Of a DNA stretch of 64,000 nucleotides, positions 59,092 through 64,000 are shown one piece after another. The position numbers and the translations under genes were made by a program. How positions within the stretch are numbered: the first letter of the stretch is position 1; each line of letters begins with the position of its first letter. The stretch is from Candidatus Omnitrophota bacterium (GTDB lineage Bacteria > Omnitrophota > Gorgyraeia > Tantalellales > Tantalellaceae), in contig JADGBR010000010.1 of assembly GCA_015231405.1 (NCBI GenBank), positions 14,489 to 78,488 on the forward strand. Direction: 5' to 3'. Below the pieces are notes generated by a model. The model was not told the DNA's origin. It ran no database searches and saw only the letters and a list, made by a program, of their open reading frames with translations.

Positions 59092-59523
59092 TCACCAGTA
59101 AAGCTTCTTGAACCTCTCCGAATAACGCTTGATCCACTCCTGCGAAGCCTCGGAAAGGGACATGTCCCTCCCCAGCTGAAGCGACCTGAGCACGCGGTAT
59201 TCCTCAATGAGATATATCTGTTCGATAAGTTTAACTTTGAAGGCGTCAGAGTAGGTAAGAAAAGCGACGCCTATTTTAAAGAGTCCGGTCTCAGGATCTT
59301 TCGCAGTATGAACGACTTTGGCTTTGATATGGAACGTTCTTTCGTACAACGGCATATTTATATTGATCCTCTTTTCTATTTCAACGTCATCCTTAGCCAT
59401 GAACAAAAGGCCGCCCTCGCTGATATCCAGGGTCTGCGTTTTGGTAAATTCCGGCCCGTCCTCTATCTGGTATTCAAGGGGACTTACAAGAAGGTGCCTT
59501 ATGAATCTTCTTTTCTCTGACAT
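59092..59523 (-). CDS. PilZ-domain protein with C-terminal helical extension
   Basis: RxxxR (RRFIR) and DxSxxG (DISEGG) c-di-GMP motifs. Confidence 0.88.
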   Translation of the reverse strand: MSEKRRFIRHLLVSPLEYQIEDGPEFTKTQTLDISEGGLLFMAKDDVEIEKRININMPLYERTFHIKAKVVHTAKDPETGLFKIGVAFLTYSDAFKVKLIEQIYLIEEYRVLRSLQLGRDMSLSEASQEWIKRYSERFKKLYW

Positions 59524-59560
59524 AGTACTTCCTTTTATTTGGCAACTATGCGCTATCGGA

Positions 59561-59794
59561 TCACAACAGCCTGTTATCAACAAGTTCTTTCTCCAGCTTA
59601 TTTATCGCTTCCTTAAGCTGCGAGAATAACTTAACGTTGATATTTATCCCTTTGCCTGTCGGCACTTTCTCATTCCCCTGGGGCGGCTGAGTCCATATCC
59701 TAATATCGATAACATCATTTCCCTGATATTCGGATATGCGAACCCTTATGTCCTGATACTTGTTCTTTTCAAAAGAGGCTATATCCTTTTCCAT
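59561..59794 (-). CDS. PC4/YdbC-family ssDNA-binding protein
   Basis: IRVRISEYQG...IDIRIW...PTGKGINI. Confidence 0.85.
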   Translation of the reverse strand: MEKDIASFEKNKYQDIRVRISEYQGNDVIDIRIWTQPPQGNEKVPTGKGININVKLFSQLKEAINKLEKELVDNRLL

Positions 59795-59920
59795 GATTCC
59801 CCCTCCGTTTATTAAATTATTAATATAAATAATACCTAATAATAATAAAAATACAAGGGTTCAAGTATTGAAATGTCAGATTACCGGATCAAAGATCGCG
59901 GTTAGTGGGTGTGGCTATAT

Positions 59921-60325
59921 TTAAGCGGTAAAATTGTTTTTTCGTCTTGAAGCCTTTTTCTCGGAGCGCTTCCTTTTCGATTCGAGTATTTTTTCCTTAA
60001 GTGCCTTAGGCCTCTTCCTCATCGCTCTCTTTTTCTTTTCGGCCGCCTGCCTATATGAAAACTCTTCGCTGGAATGTTTCTTCTCGATCTTATCCACCAG
60101 AATAACCAGGGCTGAGTACCGGTTAAGGGACTGCGACCTCTCACGGGAACTCTTTACTTCCATACCCGTAGGACCATGTTTCAAATACACGCAGCTTGAC
60201 GTTTTATTCACCTTTTGTCCGCCGGGTCCGCCTGACCTTATGAACCGACAGATGATATCCTTTTCATGGATACCGAGCCGCCGCATTTTCTCTTCCAGTT
60301 CATGGTCACCTGTTAAAGCACGCAT
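59921..60325 (-). CDS. Short GGQ peptidyl-tRNA hydrolase (ArfB/mtRF-R-like)
   Basis: FIRSGGPGGQKVNKTSSCV, RSQSLNR, basic C-terminal tail. Confidence 0.88.
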   Translation of the reverse strand: MRALTGDHELEEKMRRLGIHEKDIICRFIRSGGPGGQKVNKTSSCVYLKHGPTGMEVKSSRERSQSLNRYSALVILVDKIEKKHSSEEFSYRQAAEKKKRAMRKRPKALKEKILESKRKRSEKKASRRKNNFTA

Positions 60326-61253
60326 CTATTAGGTCATCCAGCTTCGCCGTTGCGAGGCACTGTACTGTATCGGCGCCCCCGTAGTATATCTTTACCTCCC
60401 GGTTATCCTCCAAGACCGCCCCGCATGTGAACACTACCGCATAGCTCAATCCGTTAAGCTCGTAATCTGTCGTCGGGGATAATATCGGGGAATCGGAACG
60501 GGCTATGATCTTCGACGGATCATTGAGGTCCGTCAGCATGACTCCAAGATGATAAACATACTGCGCCGCGCATTGCACGTTGACGGCATGGTATATAATG
60601 AGCCACCCTTTATCGGTCTTGATAGGAACCGCGCCTGGACCGTTCTTTTTCCATCCCCACTCGTCCTTAGCAAGAGCTACCGCCTTGGACCCACCCCAAT
60701 GGATGAGGTCCGGAGAATAGGAAACCCACATATAGGCCCTCCCGTCGCTGGTATTGGGCCTGTCATAACGGCAATAGAGCCCGTTGATCTTTTCGGGAAA
60801 AAGTACCCCGTTCCTGTTGTCAACCTCCGAGATAAAGCCCATCCACTTAAAATCGACCATATCGGTCGAACGGAGGAGGCCCAGACGGCAGGAGTGTGTG
60901 CTGTGGCACGCGAATATAATGTAGTATTTTCCCTCGATCTCGGTAACCCTCGGATCGTAATACATCCCTGTCGTATACTCAAGGAATTCTGGATCCTTAG
61001 GCATTATTATCGGTTCGGGGCGAAGCTGGAATTTTACGCCGTCAACGGAGTCAGCAGGCCATACGAACTGTTTCATGGATGGTGTTTCCACCCTGCAAAG
61101 CATCACGTATTTCCCGTCTTTCTTTTTGATGATCCCGGAGTTGAATACTCCTTTAGCCGCCAGAGGAACATCATTCTTGGTCAATATAGGATTACCCGGA
61201 TACCGAACGACGATATCCTGTTTCGATTTAGCGTACAAGTAACGTTCTGCCAT
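60306..61253 (-). CDS. GH130-family beta-mannoside phosphorylase/glycosidase
   Basis: NPIL, VFNSG, DPRV, NRNGVLFPEKING, GPGAVPIKTDKGWLIIYH, YYGGAD. Confidence 0.9.
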   Translation of the reverse strand: MAERYLYAKSKQDIVVRYPGNPILTKNDVPLAAKGVFNSGIIKKKDGKYVMLCRVETPSMKQFVWPADSVDGVKFQLRPEPIIMPKDPEFLEYTTGMYYDPRVTEIEGKYYIIFACHSTHSCRLGLLRSTDMVDFKWMGFISEVDNRNGVLFPEKINGLYCRYDRPNTSDGRAYMWVSYSPDLIHWGGSKAVALAKDEWGWKKNGPGAVPIKTDKGWLIIYHAVNVQCAAQYVYHLGVMLTDLNDPSKIIARSDSPILSPTTDYELNGLSYAVVFTCGAVLEDNREVKIYYGGADTVQCLATAKLDDLIDACFNR

Positions 61254-61307
61254 TTTGATACCTTCCCTTTTAAGTTAGTTGCGTTCAACAAGGAAACAAC
61301 GGACATA

Positions 61308-61336
61308 ATTATACATACAAACCCGGAGGTTGTCGA
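61308..61336 (-). promoter_or_regulatory. Putative sigma70 promoter of GH130 gene
   Basis: TCGACA-17 bp-TATAAT. Confidence 0.55.
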
Positions 61337-61338
61337 GA

Positions 61339-61381
61339 GTTAGCGGTTTGCGTGTTAGCGGTTAGCGATTAGCGATTAGCG
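61339..61381. repeat. Heptamer tandem repeat (G/A)TTAGCG, about 6 units
   Basis: gttagcg gtttgcg t gttagcg gttagcg attagcg attagcg. Confidence 0.85.
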
Positions 61382-61419
61382 GAGGGCGGTAAGGCAACAT
61401 ATGGAAATGATTTATCGGT

Positions 61420-61460
61420 AAAAAAGGAGGGGCCTCGCGGGCGATAAGCGCCCGCGAGGC
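61420..61460 (-). terminator. Probable intrinsic terminator of parA-CBM gene
   Basis: 12-bp stem GCCTCGCGGGCG/CGCCCGCGAGGC; T-tract 6 nt downstream on minus strand. Confidence 0.65.
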
Positions 61461-61470
61461 AGGGTTGGAA

Positions 61471-62514
61471 CTAGAGTTCGATGACTGAATCTATGCTGCC
61501 GAAAATATTGCTTTCCAGAACGGGATTACTGTCGTCATGCATCCAATTCCCGTCGACCAGGAATTTGTAACGGTGCCTTCCTTTGGGAAGGCTGAAATGT
61601 CCTCCCCATTTACCGTCCTCAAACTTTGTCAGTTTGTTCACTTCGGTCTTTTTCCATCCGTTAAAATCGCCAAGGACATAGACGGAGGACGCTAGAGGCG
61701 CGCTTACAAGAAATTCCTTAACATGGAGGTTCATATCCCTGGAGCCCATTTCCAGGAGTTCGGTTGTCACGTTGTAAAAATCCAGAGCGGCCTGGGATTT
61801 GGGATCGTGTTCGAAAATGCTCTTACCAAGCCCGGAAGCTTCTCGCAGCCTGACGCAAGAGCGTATCTTGGTAGACATCAGGAAATTTCCCACCCTGGCT
61901 TTCACATCCCTCTCAAGCTGCATTGCGAAATTAGACCGTCCGTCAAAAATATTAAGGACAAAAAATACCTCAGGCTGTTTTCCGGTCTCGCTGTTCAATA
62001 TCCCTTTAACACGGTAAATGCTGTTTATGGCGTTGAACGAGAAATAGCTGAGGTCGATCGGGACCAGAAGTATATCGGCCGCGTACATCGAATTGAGAGT
62101 TAGGAAGCCGAAGCTGGGCGGCGAATCGATTATGACATACTCATAATCCTCGCCTTTGTAATTGGCGAGGCTTTCGGAGAGGATCGCAGCGGCTCCTTCC
62201 ACGTTACCAAGGTTAATTTCAGCCGTGCTCAAAACCATGTTTGACGGAATGAACGAAAAGTTCGGCCTGTTGCGTAAAATTATGTCGTCGAGCGCGATCT
62301 CCGATTCATCGAGATGGGCTCTAAAGATGTCGTAAGAGGTTTTTGCCTCTGCGGCTTTTCTCGAATACCCCAGGGCGTATGTAGCGTGCGCCTGCGGATC
62401 GAGGTCAATTAAAAGAGTGTTTTTTCCGAATTTTGCCAATGTCGCTGCGATATTAACGGATAATGTTGTTTTCCCACAGCCACCTTTTTGGTTAACAATA
62501 GAAATTACTTTCAT
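61471..62514 (-). CDS. ParA/Soj-family ATPase fused to C-terminal glycogen-binding CBM48/AMPK-beta-like domain
   Basis: NQKGGCGKTT, DLDPQAHAT, IIDSPP; C-terminal VYVLGDFNGW...LPKGRHRYKFLVDGNW...NP. Confidence 0.92.
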   Translation of the reverse strand: MKVISIVNQKGGCGKTTLSVNIAATLAKFGKNTLLIDLDPQAHATYALGYSRKAAEAKTSYDIFRAHLDESEIALDDIILRNRPNFSFIPSNMVLSTAEINLGNVEGAAAILSESLANYKGEDYEYVIIDSPPSFGFLTLNSMYAADILLVPIDLSYFSFNAINSIYRVKGILNSETGKQPEVFFVLNIFDGRSNFAMQLERDVKARVGNFLMSTKIRSCVRLREASGLGKSIFEHDPKSQAALDFYNVTTELLEMGSRDMNLHVKEFLVSAPLASSVYVLGDFNGWKKTEVNKLTKFEDGKWGGHFSLPKGRHRYKFLVDGNWMHDDSNPVLESNIFGSIDSVIEL

Positions 62515-62701
62515 TTTCTTAACACCCCCCCCTTATGTTGTATCTGAAAAGCCAAAGTAACCTTCAGATAGCGATATCCAACTTTCTTAAAAAAAATTAT
62601 ACATTACTAACAGTGTAATGACAAATTTTTTAGTAATATATTTTGTGACCGGCGTTTCCTCTGTATCGTTTCCCGATATTTTATCGAATAACAGTTGATT
62701 A

Positions 62702-63724
62702 ATGTTGCCCCTCGGGAATACAATGGTGTCGATGGATAATAAAAATAACTACGATGAAATTGACCGAGAAATATCTAAGACGTATTTCGCCCATTCCGTT
62801 AAAAAGCTAAAAAAGAAGCTGCCCGAGACAGAAACAAAAAATGTTCCCTGCGTTGAAAATTCACCGGATGAGCAAAAAATATCACCTCCCCAAAACAATC
62901 CGGTCCCACCCGAAATACCTATACCCCTCACCATCCCGCCGGTTCCGTATTCACAACCCATCGATAAAATGGAAAAGGCCAACCGTGGGTCTAAACGATC
63001 TAAAAAACCGCTCTTTTTACTTATATTGATCCTCGCGCTCACGGCTTGTACCGTCTCCGTCGCACTCTACTACTCAAAGGATAAAATTTTTTTTCTGGCC
63101 ATAACCGACAAAAAAGGGACTCAGCTCGCCTTCTTCGGCAAAGCCCAGTTCTCTTTTAACCCTTTTTCCCCGGCAAAGGTAATTCCCACGGAAGGGTCAA
63201 ATATTCTTTTTGATTTTGAGAATGACAAAGGCGGTTGGGAGATCCCTTCATGGGCAATGGATCAGCCCGACCACGTAGCTATTTCTTTAAAACACTCCGA
63301 TTATATCGCCTCTAACGGCAAAGGCAGCATTGAGTGTCTTGCGGATTTTCCGGGAGGTGAGTGGTCGGGGGCCTTTATTGAGATCCCCCAGTATTTCGAT
63401 CTCGGCAAGTATCTGACCATGGCGGCGGATATCTATATACCTCCCGCCTGCCCCAAGGGGCTTAAAACAAAGTTGATATTGACAGTTGGAGATGACTGGA
63501 AATTCATCGAGATGTCGCGTTACGTATCACTTGTCCCGGGAAAATGGGTGACCCTTTCGGCGGATCTTTCGGATACCTCCAAAGATTTCCGGAGCACGGA
63601 AGCCAAGGCCGGATTCAGGTCAGATATCCGTAAGCTTGGGATCCGGGTAGAATCGTTCAACAAACCCGTCTACAAAGGTCCGTTCTACGTAGACTGCGTG
63701 AGGGTATACGGCGAGAAGAAATAG
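62702..63724 (+). CDS. Bitopic membrane protein with Pro-rich N-terminus and exported carbohydrate-binding-module-like domain (CBM27/CBM11-like)
   Basis: TM LFLLILILALTACTVSVALYY; LFDFEND..GW...DIYIP...LVPGKWVTL...IRKLGIRV...FYVDCVRV jelly-roll pattern. Confidence 0.7.
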   Translation: MLPLGNTMVSMDNKNNYDEIDREISKTYFAHSVKKLKKKLPETETKNVPCVENSPDEQKISPPQNNPVPPEIPIPLTIPPVPYSQPIDKMEKANRGSKRSKKPLFLLILILALTACTVSVALYYSKDKIFFLAITDKKGTQLAFFGKAQFSFNPFSPAKVIPTEGSNILFDFENDKGGWEIPSWAMDQPDHVAISLKHSDYIASNGKGSIECLADFPGGEWSGAFIEIPQYFDLGKYLTMAADIYIPPACPKGLKTKLILTVGDDWKFIEMSRYVSLVPGKWVTLSADLSDTSKDFRSTEAKAGFRSDIRKLGIRVESFNKPVYKGPFYVDCVRVYGEKK

Positions 63725-63768
63725 CAATTAGGCTCAGGAAGCAGGAAGTCGTGGTCCAGAATAGTATA

Positions 63769-64000
63769 TCAACCGAAAAGATCTTTGCCGTTAACGATAT
63801 TACCCGTACCCTTATCCTTGGCATCTTCCCTGAGGGGTTCCCTGACGAAGTATTTTCGGGATTTTATGGAAACATAATCGCTCCACTCCCTGTCGGAACC
63901 TTTCTGCGAGACCAATATCTCCCTTACGGCGCTAGCCTGTGAAACGAGGTCATCGGCCTGGTACACGACCGTAGCCTCAAGGGTTTTAGGCAGTACAGGG
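63769..64000 (-). CDS. C-terminal part of a probable YhaM-like HD-domain exoribonuclease (truncated by window edge)
   Basis: Open frame from edge: PVLPKTLEATVVYQADDLVSQ resembles the YhaM P-x-P-x-T-x-EA...AD motif. Confidence 0.55.
   Translation of the reverse strand, partial: PVLPKTLEATVVYQADDLVSQASAVREILVSQKGSDREWSDYVSIKSRKYFVREPLREDAKDKGTGNIVNGKDLFG

Noticed and set aside
61471-62514. Chromosomal parAB locus or replication origin
   Set aside because: No parB, dnaA or gidAB nearby, and no parS palindrome noticed.

Overview
64 kb of core chromosome from a PVC-superphylum bacterium, probably Candidatus Omnitrophota. The PVC assignment rests on the 'small basic protein' signature gene at 387-716; the finer assignment is inference from gene context. 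Almost all genes lie on the minus strand. The window holds a complete mraZ-to-ftsA dcw cluster, proC-yggT-yggU-mtnP-ileS-dksA-lspA-lgt-rluD-aroA, mreBCD-mrdA-rodA, a type IV pilus locus with two tandem PilB paralogues, aroQ-pepP-efp-accBC, heptose and thiamine genes, tRNA-Gly(CCC) and many structured intergenic repeats. There is no CRISPR array, integrase or transposase. The two best candidates for new biology are (1) a short FtsA that has lost its ATP-binding motifs and apparently its FtsZ-binding subdomain 2B, with no ftsZ at its usual position, and (2) an orphan ParA ATPase fused to a glycogen-binding CBM48-type domain, flanked by a GH130 phosphorylase and a membrane-anchored CBM protein, which may position carbohydrate granules. 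All product calls are motif recognition by eye; no database searches were run.
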